DNA of 64,000 bases from Podarcis melisellensis (taxonomy: Eukaryota), in the NCBI GenBank assembly GCA_964234715.1, contig OZ174285.1; one strand, written 5' to 3'. The notes under the pieces were generated by a model. The model worked only from the letters and a program-made list of their open reading frames with translations. It made no database searches and was not told the DNA's origin. Of the stretch, positions 13,322-24,534 are shown in pieces. Made by a program: the position numbers and the translations under genes. Position 1 is the stretch's first letter, and every line of letters begins with the position of its first letter.

Positions 13322-14060
13322 ATAATATAAAGTGCAGCTGTTTATTGTTTTGCACATTCACTAGTGATAGCAGTTTTCTGGAAATATGAAACTCAATCAT
13401 ACTTAACTTTCTTCCTGCTTAAGGTTAGAATCTAGTACACACTTCTTGTAGAGTAAGTCCCACTGAAATCTAAATAAACATGCAAAGAATTGCACTGTAG
13501 ATGTCTAACATCTCAGTATTTCTCCCCACTCCTATTAATGCTTATTTTGCTTCCCATTTTGTAGATATTTTCCTAATTTAACATTAACACATTTATTTAC
13601 TATTCCAGGTTGTTAATGATGTTTTTAAAACATGAGCCTAATACTTTTAAAACATGAGCCTAATACTTTGCCCAATCCCACTGAAGTTAATTGCATATTT
13701 TCAACTGTCTTCAGAATAGTCATGCTTTTACTCTGGAATCCTGGGCCTAAACATGAACTCTAGCTTGTCCGCCTATGTCATTGATATAATCTCATAAATT
13801 GTTCTACAGACAATGGCCAGTTTAGGAGCATCCAAATGATGCACGATCTAACTGGGAAGTAGCCCCCAAACGTCATAGAGATGTCACGAAAAGGGGAAGA
13901 CAGAATGGGGCAGAGTGGAGCGGATTGTATTGTATTAAAACTATCCTATTCAGTCACACAGTAAATCTAAGACAAGCACTTGGTGATATGATTTATTGCC
14001 AGTTGTTGAGAGAATATTTGTAAGATGTTACAGTTGGCCCAACACACCTGCAGAGCCATT

Positions 14061-14061
<1 letters not shown>

Positions 14062-14110
<49 letters not shown>
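14062..14110. repeat. (TAA)n microsatellite
   Basis: Read directly from the sequence. Confidence 0.95.
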
Positions 14111-14679
14111 CACCTCCCCAAAGAAGCATAGGCAAGTAATGCTTAGAAATACTTCTGTGTGTACTGTACAACATTTTCTGAATTATTCCCTTCACATGCA
14201 AAAAGATGCTAAAATCTAACACTTTCAATATTCAGAATGGCATGCACTGTCCTGCTGGACACACCATGCAAGAGAGTCAGCATCCCATGTGATTTATTCA
14301 CCTTCTTTCCCCAGCAGCTTGTACAGTTCTGCCAGACCAAGGCAAGAAGAACCTTACATGCATTCTAGTGCTGCACGTGAGGTTCTCTGGATTGGGGTCA
14401 TTGCATATGACCTTCTAATTCAAGAAATGTTGCTTCTGCCCCTAGTTATCTAGCTCTACCTGTATAGAAATGGGAGGTAATGGAAACTTCTCAACCCACT
14501 AGGTTAATAATACTGCAGTTCTTTATGCATATCTCCAGGAAAACCATTACTGTACTGGACAAACAGAAAATCATCCATATTACTGCCTAGACATTTAGTA
14601 ATTCAGTGTGATATAATTAATGACATGTCTACTTCTATTTATTCCTAAATTTCACATTACTTTGTAGGTATGTGTGGAT

Positions 14680-14930
14680 TTTCCCCTTTTAAGAATACCA
14701 TTATTATTTTCTCTGAATTGCAATCAAATTTGCCACAAGTGATTTCTTCTTCTTCTTCTTCTTCTTTTAAGTAATACAGTAGTTGCTTCCCACCCACACC
14801 AGTGCTCTGGCATCTTCCTGATTCTGCATGAGTTTTCAGAAATAATTGCCAGTAGTTCAGCAAATTCATTAACTAATTCCCTTACGACTCTGTGATGCTT
14901 GTCATCCAGACCTGCTGATTTGTATATTAT
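14680..14930 (-). mobile_element. Old CR1 LINE ORF2 fragment (may extend toward 15600)
   Basis: Minus-strand translation YKSAGLDDKHHRVVRELVNEFAELLAIISENSCRIRKMPEHW matches CR1 KSxGPDxIHPRVLKELAxxIAEPLxIIFExSWRTGxVPEDW. Confidence 0.8.
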
Positions 14931-15765
14931 TTTTTTCTAAGTATTCCCACATCTGTGTATTTTTTTCTAATCCAACAGCTATATTGACAAGGTCTCCATT
15001 GTTCATCAGTACTACTTTTCTGTATTTTTAGACTGATATTAAAACTATCTACTATCTTACCCCTTTTAGACAAATTAAATCATTCATTAGTAGATCCACT
15101 TTGTGTTTACTATTTTTCACTTAGTATTTTAAAAATTATTGCTTCCTTTGGCTAGCATGGCTCCATTTTGCATTTCTTCTGCCTTCATCTTTAAATTGCT
15201 ACATTTTAAATTGCCTCAGATTTTAAAATGGCCGCCTTGAAAATTAATGATTTCCAAAGCAGTTATTTTCTACCCTCATATATTGAAACACTCCCCTGTG
15301 AAACTACATGAGCTCTTCATGTTCAGTGCTTCTGGTACAATTGAAAAATCTTAAGGGTAGCAAGATTCTAGGTTGTTCTTACCTTCTCCCACTCATTGAT
15401 TTTAATACACCCTCTTATTACACCATACTTCTCAGATTGCTTAAATCCCATAAGGTTTATTCCTTGAAGTTGTTTTTGTGGCTTTATTCTATTGCATTGC
15501 TCAGTGTGGCTGCACTGAATTTGAATAGTTTTTATTCACTTAGTACAAATATTTCATATTTCAGCCTCCAGTTTTGTCCTTCGGCAAAGAACTTATACTA
15601 ATAGCTGCCTCTCCCAATGATTTCAGTCAGTTCAGCTACGTGGCAATCAGTGACTTTGATCATAGAGATCTAGCTACATTTTGTCAACCAAGCATTTCAT
15701 GAAGTTCCTATATAAAAACAATAGGCTAGATAGGAATTTGGAAACCTCAGTTAGCTATTGCCTTA

Positions 15766-15844
15766 GGCTGCAATCCTAACTCCGCTTACTAGGAGTAAGC
15801 CTCACTGAGTAAGACTTACTCCTGAGTAGACATGGTTGGGATTG
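15766..15844. repeat. About 80-bp palindromic interspersed repeat (GGCTGCAATCCTA...CTTACT..AGTAAG...GGATTG family)
   Basis: Outer arms CAATCCTAAC/GTTGGGATTG; inner hairpins GCTTACT-AGG-AGTAAGC and GAGTAAG-A-CTTACTC. Confidence 0.7.
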
Positions 15845-18800
15845 AATTTTTTGTTACCATAATTTTTCATTAAAAAAAAGAATGGAGGGCACTGCCAAAA
15901 CTAGCCAAAAAAAGCAAAGAGAGGAGGTGAGACTCCAGAGTCCAGCAGGTGCCAGAACAGATAAAATGTTGTTCTCGTTCCTCTTCCTTTGTCCCTCCGT
16001 GGATATTTTTTTATGTCCCATGCAAAATTCTGTGTAGAAAATGGACTGCACTTGTATTCCTATCCAAAGTTTACTATCTGGTTCACTGTGATTTTGATCA
16101 ATATTTTAACAGATTACTTTATTCTCTTTATTGTGAGAATAAATAATATTGTGCAAATATTTCATTTACCATGAAATGACTTATGCCTATTATTTCCTGC
16201 TACTATTTGGATACATATTTTTGCCTCCTGCTCATTTCCATTTGGCAAAATTGTTATATAATGAGAAAATCAGATCAATGGAACATTCCATGGATGGTGG
16301 CCATAATGTTTTACTGTGAAATCCTGGAAAAATGTGCTACTCTTTTTTCCCTCTCTCTCTCTGATAGTTAACCATGAATATCTATGAGCAAAATGTGACA
16401 TCTCAAATGTTATGAAGGGTCAGCATTTATACTTGACAATATGAGAGGACTAAGATTTTAGAGCAATCCTAGTCAAGCAACAGATCATCATAATTGTAGA
16501 AACTAAAAAGTCATTGTAGCGATTGTACCACAAGGGAAATTGTTCATCCATCAGTAAGATTGTTACAAGGTAAGAGACAATGAGGAAAGGGAGTTAAAAT
16601 TGCTTTAGCCCATTGAGTCATCAGTTCCCTCTAGATTCAAAAGCCTGAATTGGTTTTGGAGAGAAGTGGCATAAGAGGATTGCTACGGGAAATCTTAACA
16701 AGTTGATCATAGTCTCAGTAACACTAGCAAGTGTAAGTATGATCTCTCCTAAGGAAAAGTGTAGGTTACATATTGAAGGAGAGAGAAAAGGATGGGAGTA
16801 CAATTAGCACATGTCTTCTCTCACTTTTTTTTGGTCATGTGTATTTGGAAGATGGCTGTTCACAAAGGAAAACAGATGTGATAAATAGTGAAACATTCCC
16901 ATCACTCTGCAAGTAATTTATTGTAAATGTAGGCCTATATTTACAAATGAATGTTTACTGGCTTATGAGAGAGAGATCAGTGGCAACATAAAGGGATAAA
17001 TGTTAGTTGTACTATGGATGTGGAAGATGTGGAAAATATTTGTGCAGAGTAGCATCCTACAGTACTAATATGTAAGATTAAAAATTGTGAATGGAGATTA
17101 TTGACTACCTTTGTGTTCTGCTTAAATGCAATTAGAAGTGGGGGCAATAATGTAATTGTGGCTACCTGTTTAATAGAGTGTATAAAGTGGCCAATTGTCT
17201 TTTTGCAATTTTAGTCTATTTGCTAAAACTTACAAGATATGTGCACCAGATTTATCTATGGGCAGGTGAGATATCTTTGAAAAAGTGCTATCTATCTTTT
17301 TCTTTGTGTTACAAGGAATTCTTTGTGCCCGTAAAGTCCCCAGGATGTTTGCTGTGATACAAAGCCCTTTGTTTTAAAGGTGCTTGTATGTGATGGTTAA
17401 TGCATTTTATAAAAGACATCTGTGGAAGTGATATCCTTCTTTGAAGTGACCTGCCTTAAGTGTTACGAGTGTAGGGGAATATATGTGCAAATTAGATTTG
17501 AAAAGCAAACCTCTCCGGTGGGATGTATATGCACTGTAGAAGGGTCTTTGTGTAATAGTTGCCTCTGGAAAGGGATCTCTTTATGGGAGTAGTAAGAATG
17601 TTGGTTTTGTAAGGAAGTGGCTTTGCGACTGTATGCTAGTATTACTACCATTGGTATGATCCAGCAGGGACTCAGAATATATATTTTTTGTATCACTCCC
17701 ATCCCAGAGACACCCAACCACCCATCAGGAAAGCTCTCCTTCAGGGTAGGCCAGGACCATCATGTCCTTTATTGTTGTAACTCCCANNNNNNNNNNNNNN
17801 NNNNNNNNNNNNNNNNNNNNNNNNNNNNNNNNNNNNNNNNNNNNNNNNNNNNNNNNNNNNNNNNNNNNNNNNNNNNNNNNNNNNNNNNNNNNNNNNNNNN
17901 NNNNNNNNNNNNNNNNNNNNNNNNNNNNNNNNNNNNNNNNNNNNNNNNNNNNNNNNNNCCTGGGATCTGGAGGCTTCCCAGCAGCAACTCTGCATAATTG
18001 TGTTATATAGGAAGGGCTCTGAACTCTTTCAGGGCATCTGGTTGCTGGGTATTGGGGGGGATTATTAAATGCTGTTACTGTTTGGTTTATGAAAGAAACG
18101 TGCAGGGGAGTAAAAGGTTTTGGGACTCCTTAGCCAATCAGTGTGAGAGAAGAAAAGCGTATGTCAAGAACAATGATCCCAGATCCACCTCAGTTTTCCA
18201 GAATACAGATTTATGGTGCTACAACGTATATATATATAAGTATTAATCATAATAGATTTAATCTGTGTTTTTGCAGGTGTGGGTGACCATCACCATAACC
18301 ACATACATTTGGTTTATTGAAAGAGAGACTTTATCTAAGTGGATATGAGTGTTTTAAGCAGAAAAAAGTTGTTTCTTGGTCTGTTCACTTGATTCTTGCT
18401 TGTAGAAGGGTGAAATGCCTGGCTATACAAGAAAGTGTACCTAATTAAGCAGCTGTCTTTTGGGAACAAGAAACACTGGAGAAAAGAAGTTACGGTACTA
18501 CTTCTGTTTGAAAGGCACCCAGCTTTCCTAAAACAAGGTCACGTATATTGCTGCCTGAGAGTGCCTTGCTAATCAAGCCACTTAAGTGGTCAGCTTCCCA
18601 AGGTTCTGTTCCATCAAAAATTGGGAATATAAACATAATAGGATGATCAGACTGCCAAAGGGCATTACTCCTACATCCTTACTCTTTGCAGACAAGATTT
18701 TTGCATGTTCAGCTTGTCAAGCATCTGCATCTGCCAAAATATCTGTTACTATGTAACTGTTGCAGGTATAGGAGAGTCTGTGCACCTGCCCCTAGTAGAT

Positions 18801-19644
18801 TCGGATATTAGATTTGGACCAATGAGGCATGTATCCACTAAGTCTCCCACGTTTTCTCTTAAGTTTATTTCAGAACTATTAGCTTTCAGACCTGATTTCC
18901 TCTCTATAAAATGTGAATAACTGTGTAGGTTTGTTGTAAGGGCAGTATCTTGAACTTTAAAACAAATGAAAATGAAAATAATTAATCCCATTGGGAATGA
19001 TCTAAATGGTTGGTGGAGAAAAGAGGCAGACAGGATACTTAGTACCAAACCGGAATCCTACCCCTTTTCAGTGAGAGCCCTTTTCCTGTCTTAAGGCTGG
19101 TTAACAACTCCTTTCCCCTCCCTGGGGCTTAATTTGAGTCAAGAGTTCAGAAGCTCTTTTCAGTGCCAAGCTACAGGCCTGGTGAAGCAGGGGAAGGCAG
19201 TGCCCCCCTAGCATGTGCAGAATGCTCCTCTGGCAGTTGTGAGTTGCCACAATCAGCCTTGGCACGAGCAGCCTGGATGAGAGGGCAGGCCTTGCGGGCT
19301 GCCAGGCTTCAGAAAACCCCTCTCCCGTGCCCTGATGGAGAGCCTAACCTTTCACAGCCCCAGGCAGAACAAGCAAGGCCCTCTTGATGCCACGGGCATG
19401 CACTCCCGGGTCAGGGTGCGCAGGATTTCAGCCTGGGTGCCCTTTCGCCAAGAAGGGGGGATCCGGGAGGGCGGGGCTGCCTGCGCGCCTGGCGACGCTG
19501 CTCCGGCCGCCGCCTGCGTCCCGCTCCTCAACTTGACCCCTGTGGCTCGCTGTCGTCGGGGGGCGGAGTGTCTTCCTCCCCCTCCCCTCCTCCGCCCGAG
19601 TCGCAGGCAGTGACGCTGTGCTTCTCCTTCCTTGTGTGTTGCAG

Positions 19645-19787
19645 GCACGGAGCGGCACGAGCTGACCTCGTGGAAGAGCTACGCGTCGATCTTCCGCTTC
19701 TTCGGCGACGCCATGGAGGCCAAGAGCAGCTCGGGCAAAGCGGCTCCGACGCGCCGCTCGCAGCGGATCCGCTACGAGGAGCTGTAA
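19645..19787 (+). CDS. FAM172A: FAM172A (ARB2A, cotranscriptional regulator) terminal coding exon
   Basis: Polypyrimidine tract and TTGCAG acceptor at 19644. Reads (G)[46 protein letters not shown], matching the recalled human C-terminus [47 protein letters not shown]. Convergent position next to NR2F1 matches known synteny. Too short for the ORF track. Confidence 0.93.
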
Positions 19788-22580
19788 CCGGGCGGGAGGC
19801 GGGCGGGCGGGCGGGCGGAAGCCGGCGCCTGCTTGCCTGCCTGCCTGCCTTCCCGCCTGCGCGTCTGGGCGGCGGCGGCGCTCGGCAGTCCCAGCCCCTC
19901 ATTAGATTGTTTTCTTCCTAGAGCACAGGGTCGCCGTGTCTACATCTAAGTAGCGTTTTGCATTATTTCTAGATGAGTGCAACTGTCAAAGCAATATGGG
20001 TTCACTGGTTGTGCTTCCTGTGGGCTGCGGCGGGGATTTCGGGCTGCCCATCAGTGCGCAGATTAAGGCTGACAGCAGCACCGCACCGCGCAGCCTGGTG
20101 CAGCTCTAATTGCCCTGACAGAGCCCGGCACCGAGCTGATGGCGGGCGGACGCGGCGCCTCCCGGGTCCTAGCGCCCTGCCTTTCCTCGCCCCTCCCCGC
20201 CGTCGGAGCTCACATTTAGTTCTCCTCGATTTTAATGGTGGACTTCCCAAGTCTTGCTAACCAAGGTCCCGCCCACGCGTTAGGCTCTTTAATGATTTCC
20301 CGCAAACGCTTTGGGCGGTGTTTTTTAAAATAATAATAATAATAATAAAATGCTTCCGTGCTTTTTAAATTCAGGGGCTCTAATAAACTGTATTGACACA
20401 ATGGTAGCGATCCTAAGCCCTGCACGTCTATGAGACACACGTGTCGCGTCAATGTGTTTAGGATGCGCGTGTAACTCCAGCAATGGCTATTTTACTCTTT
20501 CTACTTCAGGCTGCGGAGAGGCTGTGCCACCCAAACTGAAACCGTACATTTAATCAGTGGGTGATTCGTTTGGTGTTTATTAATGAGGAAGACTTGAGCG
20601 ACTTCAGCAAATCTGAACATGGAAAGAGGACTTAATTTTACTTCCAAATGCGCCAAAACTACCGAGCGCTCTTTGCTTGTGTGGTTCCTAGGGAGTTTGC
20701 TGAGTCATTTACAAAAAACCCTAAAAGGATGTTTTAGCGACAAATGTAATATAGAGCAAATAATACCAGTATTTAAAATGTTGCTTCTAATACTTGGTTG
20801 AAACGTTTATTTTTTATTCTAACAGAATCTCTATTTTGTGACAAATCAGATAGCAAGAACTTTTTTAAAGATCCTGGGCGCTCCCAGGACGCCGCCTCTC
20901 CGCCCTGGCCTCCCGGTTCGAGGCCGGGGCAGCAGAGTTTTCCATTCCTTGCTGAAACAGGGTCCGCCTTTGTCGGGAGGGGCGATTTCCCCCCTCCCTG
21001 CCGAAAGATCTTTTTTCTCACTCAATCTGTTGAACTCCTGAAGCCAGTTTCGTTTTACCTTCACCGTCTGGTGACACTGTGAAATATTAATAGCAAAAAA
21101 GAAAGAAAGAAAAGAAGCATGTATTACTGACGTTGCTAATCACTTTTGTTATAAGCAAGAGGACGTCGTTTTTACATTCCTTAAATTCCTCATGGCTTTC
21201 AATGAGTCCTGACTCTATAATTCCACGCAGACCTAAAAGTCCATCTGTTGTCACCGAGTGTTTCCAGTTACCATGATGCTCAAATAGGGTCTGCCTTCCA
21301 CCCCAAACCGCAAATTCTCGGGCTTCTAAGCTCCAAACTCGTGGCCAGTGGGGATAAAAGGAGTGGGGATAAAAGGAGTGGGGTCGCACACCCCAAAGCT
21401 CTACCCGACCCGGACTCCAAGCCTGGGGCGCCCTCTCCACGTTCTCTGCCAGGCCGCGAGGCTCGGCTGACTGCCGGGAGTGGCTGCCCTGCGCGCGGCT
21501 TGCGCAAAGGGATCCCCAGCGGACGGCGACCCGGCCTCTTCCAGAGCAGCAGCGCTTGGCTGGTGCTCGAGTAGGCGCGCCGGGGCACCAAGGAGCGTTT
21601 GAACTTTTCCTGGCCTCCCCTCTCAGATGTTACCCGAGCGAAAGAGGGGGTCACATTTCATCTCATGCATGCATTCAGTGGCTGGGCGATTTCGTTAGAT
21701 ACCACCACCAGCTCGTTTGAAAGGGAAGCTTTTGGGATTTCAAAACAGACGTGTTGGCTCACGTCTTTGAAAGCGCTGCTGTTAAGATTATCCCAAAGGG
21801 CGCAATTCGGGTTAAGGGGCCCTGTCGGTGCAAAGTGGAGACACACACACACACGGGCTTTCCCTTCCATCGGAAACCTGCCAGCGCCATCTCTCTGGGG
21901 GCAGATTCAAAGCCAGAGTCAAGTGGCTCCAAGTGCAGAGGTGAAGGTGGCCTGTCTCGGCGCGTCCGCTTCCTCGCCTGACCTCTTCTGCTCTGTGAAG
22001 GGGTGACCTTTCAGACTGGCAAGTTGCACACCTACTCTTCTGCGCAGGGAGAATGATCGAGCCATAGCCGGGCAGGCTTGCGGCAGGAATAGTCTCCTGA
22101 TCGCTTCCCTGGTGACCATCTCCCCCACCTGATGGTCCCGGTCTCCTGTTTCCCCTTTCTCTGGAACTGCTCCTCTCTCTCACCCGCCTGGGCTCACCTT
22201 AGCGTCAGCTTCAGGGTGGTAGACGGTCGACCTGGTCTTTTTTCTTATCCATGCTTTTTCTTTCCTTAGCTGTGATCTTGTGGGCTTTTCCCACAGCAAC
22301 CCTTAGACCTTACCCTGTCTTTTGTGAAAGCCTCTGGGGCTCTGCAAAGTGCCAAATCTCACCAAATGAGTTTTATTCCTCCTCCCCAAAGTGTCACGGT
22401 TGAGGTTTCTACTCCTTCCGGTGTGGTCCCACCAGCCCCTTGCTCTGTATCTCGTGCCGTTGCCTGGGTTGTGTTCTCGCTGCTTCTGGACCCAACTGTA
22501 AAGCACACAGGGAGCTGTTAAAAGGGTTGTCTCTTTCTGTTTACACTGAACCAATAAAAAAATGGTTTCTCTTTTAAGAT
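19788..22580 (+). other. FAM172A: FAM172A 3'UTR (putative, about 2.8 kb)
   Basis: Runs from the stop codon to a strong AATAAA with a downstream GU/U-rich tract. The end point is inferred. Confidence 0.6.
20011..20106 (+). ncRNA. Hairpin homologous to the human MIR2277 locus in the FAM172A 3'UTR
   Basis: Shares GTGCTTCCTG.GGGCTG...TCAG.GC.CA.ATTAAGGCTGACAGC...AGCTC with recalled hsa-mir-2277 and sits at the same position in the same gene. Arms 20022-20054 and 20069-20096 pair by eye. Processing into a miRNA is not shown. Confidence 0.55.
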
Positions 22581-22610
22581 GCGGGTGTGACTTTCTTGTC
22601 TCTGGTCTTG
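22553..22610 (+). terminator. FAM172A distal polyadenylation signal
   Basis: AATAAA at 22553-22558, followed about 25 nt later by GGGTGTGACTTTCTTGTCTCTGGTCTTG (GU/U-rich downstream element). Confidence 0.6.
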
Positions 22611-23589
22611 TTAAGCGACTGTGCCAGGCGCAACAACTCAAAGGGATGTTCATTTGCTGCTGGCCGGACAAACCCGTTTGCCAGGAGCAAGGGGAGCGCA
22701 GCAGCTTCCAGGAAGGATCGCTCTGACTCGGTTGCCCCTCAGCAGAGCGAGCCGCGAAAGAAAGATCTTCCTCCACCTGGGCCGTTTGAGACTTGGAAGG
22801 TATGTTTAGGAGCCATTTTATCCAAACAAATTATATCCCCAGCTTTTGACAATTAAAAAAAAATCGCCTGTGATGCAGCTCGGTCCCATTCACGCTTACC
22901 CAAAACGAGGCGCCAGTGAGTTCCGAGGGGCTGCATCCCCAGTACCTCCGTATATGAGTGCAAAAGCCAAAACAAAAAAAGGAAAAGAAAACCTTCGAAA
23001 GTGTTGTGTGGCATCCCGGGGCTTGAGCTTTCCCAGTTTAGCAGAAATTCTACCATGTATAAAAATCTCCACACCTTTCAGGCGTCTGCTAAAGTCCCGA
23101 GCAGCAAATTATGAAGCATTTTTAGGGTCATACATGGGCTTCTCCCCAGTTTAAATCAATGGATCTTTCAAGGGATGCCTGCATGGGATGAGGCTCGTTC
23201 ATTTTCCTCTTGGAGCCATCGCTGGTCTTTTCTAGGAAGGCGCTTAAGGCTTGTCAACCCCAAGGAAGAGTGGCTTTCCTTCCTTGCACAACTGTCCTCT
23301 TATTGCACCTTGCTGGCGTTAGAAAGTGGGAGAAGCTGGGAAAGGGGGCATCCTGGGTGCGGAAATCACTAGACCTTTTGCATGGATGGCACCAGAGACC
23401 CCCAAAAGAGTAACCCTCCCGCCATCCAGCTAGCCTTAGAGTTTCCTGAGGTCACAGAAGGAGAAGCTCCTTCTGAAGTGCGGACTCGTGGACCGGGACT
23501 TCTAGCAATGGGTCCAGTTCTAAGAAGGGTTACCTGGAGAACAATAGTACCTAGTTCACAGGAGACCTGTTGTATAGTATTTCGCTGTA

Positions 23590-23682
23590 AGCCATGCATC
23601 CCAGACATGTCAGGAAGTCAGTCTTACTCCCACTGAGTTGGATGAGGCTCTCTCGAAGGTAAGTGGAGATAGGATTGCAGCC
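23590..23682. repeat. Third copy of the palindromic repeat family
   Basis: CTTACTCCCACTGAGTT..GGTAAGTGGAGATAGGATTGCAGCC. Confidence 0.6.
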
Positions 23683-24490
23683 TTCACGTGACCTACACAG
23701 TTCTTATTTCTTTCTTTCGACCACGCGGGACCCTGCTCACTCCCAGCCACCGCCGCTATGCAGTCTGCCCTTTCCGTACACGCTGCTCTCTGGTGTGCAT
23801 TTGAATCTTACCTACTAATGGGTCAAATCGATTAAAAAACCTCCAAATCGACCTACAGGATCTTTGACAAAGGACAAGCCGGGCAGTTTAACGAGCAGGA
23901 CCTCCAAGTGGGCGTTTGCTGCCCAAGCCCTGGGATGGGACCAACGGGGTGAGAGAGCTGTGTAGCTCCAGGATCGGATGGAAAAAGGGGAGCGTGTCCC
24001 CTTTTTTGGTGGCTTCTGTGATTCTGGATGCCTGGTGCAATGGACTCCGCTCTATGTCTGCTGGGCTAAGCCTGATCAAAACTTAGCTCCCAAACCGAAC
24101 CTGACTACTTCTCGGGGGGCGGGACTTGCATGTCCTTGATATCTGCCAAGGTGGCCTGAACTAAAAGCTTCCCCGTCCAAATCAGTGCACATTCTGACCA
24201 AGAAATGCGAGGAATCCTGTCCCTCCTTTCTGCTGCTGCTGCTGCTGCTGCTGGCTAGAGATTTTCCCTCCACTGCAAACTCCTTTCCATGAATATAATT
24301 TGTGGGCCCTGGAGAATGGACGGATCCCACAGCACCCGAATGACCCTTGGCATCCCCTCCTATCCCAGGCCTTCATTACTCTAGGAAAAGTAAGAGAATC
24401 AGCTATAGACTGTAGCAGCATTAAACTGTGATCGTGCGTTTGTGACTGGCGGTGTACCTCCTAGTCGAGGGACAGTGATGCAAAATATCT

Positions 24491-24492
<2 letters not shown>

Positions 24493-24531
<39 letters not shown>
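24493..24531. repeat. (CA)n microsatellite
   Basis: Read directly from the sequence. Confidence 0.95.

Positions 24532-24534
<3 letters not shown>

Larger units (their letters stand above)
1..19644 (+). other. FAM172A: Last intron of FAM172A (3' part)
   Basis: Lies upstream of the terminal-exon acceptor. I found no recognisable penultimate exon here. AT-rich and repeat-containing. Confidence 0.75.
19380..20310. promoter_or_regulatory. CpG island over the FAM172A terminal exon
   Basis: Abrupt rise in GC and CpG density compared with the upstream intron. Confidence 0.75.

Noticed and set aside
13623-13666. 22-bp direct repeat (similar ones at 450-473, 21348-21382 and 33623-33644) as a CRISPR-like or functional array
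   Set aside because: Two adjacent copies with no spacers in eukaryotic DNA; ordinary slippage duplications.
18760-18920. TTGCAG|GTATAGG as an alternative FAM172A terminal exon
   Set aside because: Weak polypyrimidine tract and no similarity to FAM172A protein.
19163-20260. Overlapping ORFs around the FAM172A last exon
   Set aside because: The real coding frame is the short spliced exon 19645-19787; the others are GC-rich shadow frames.
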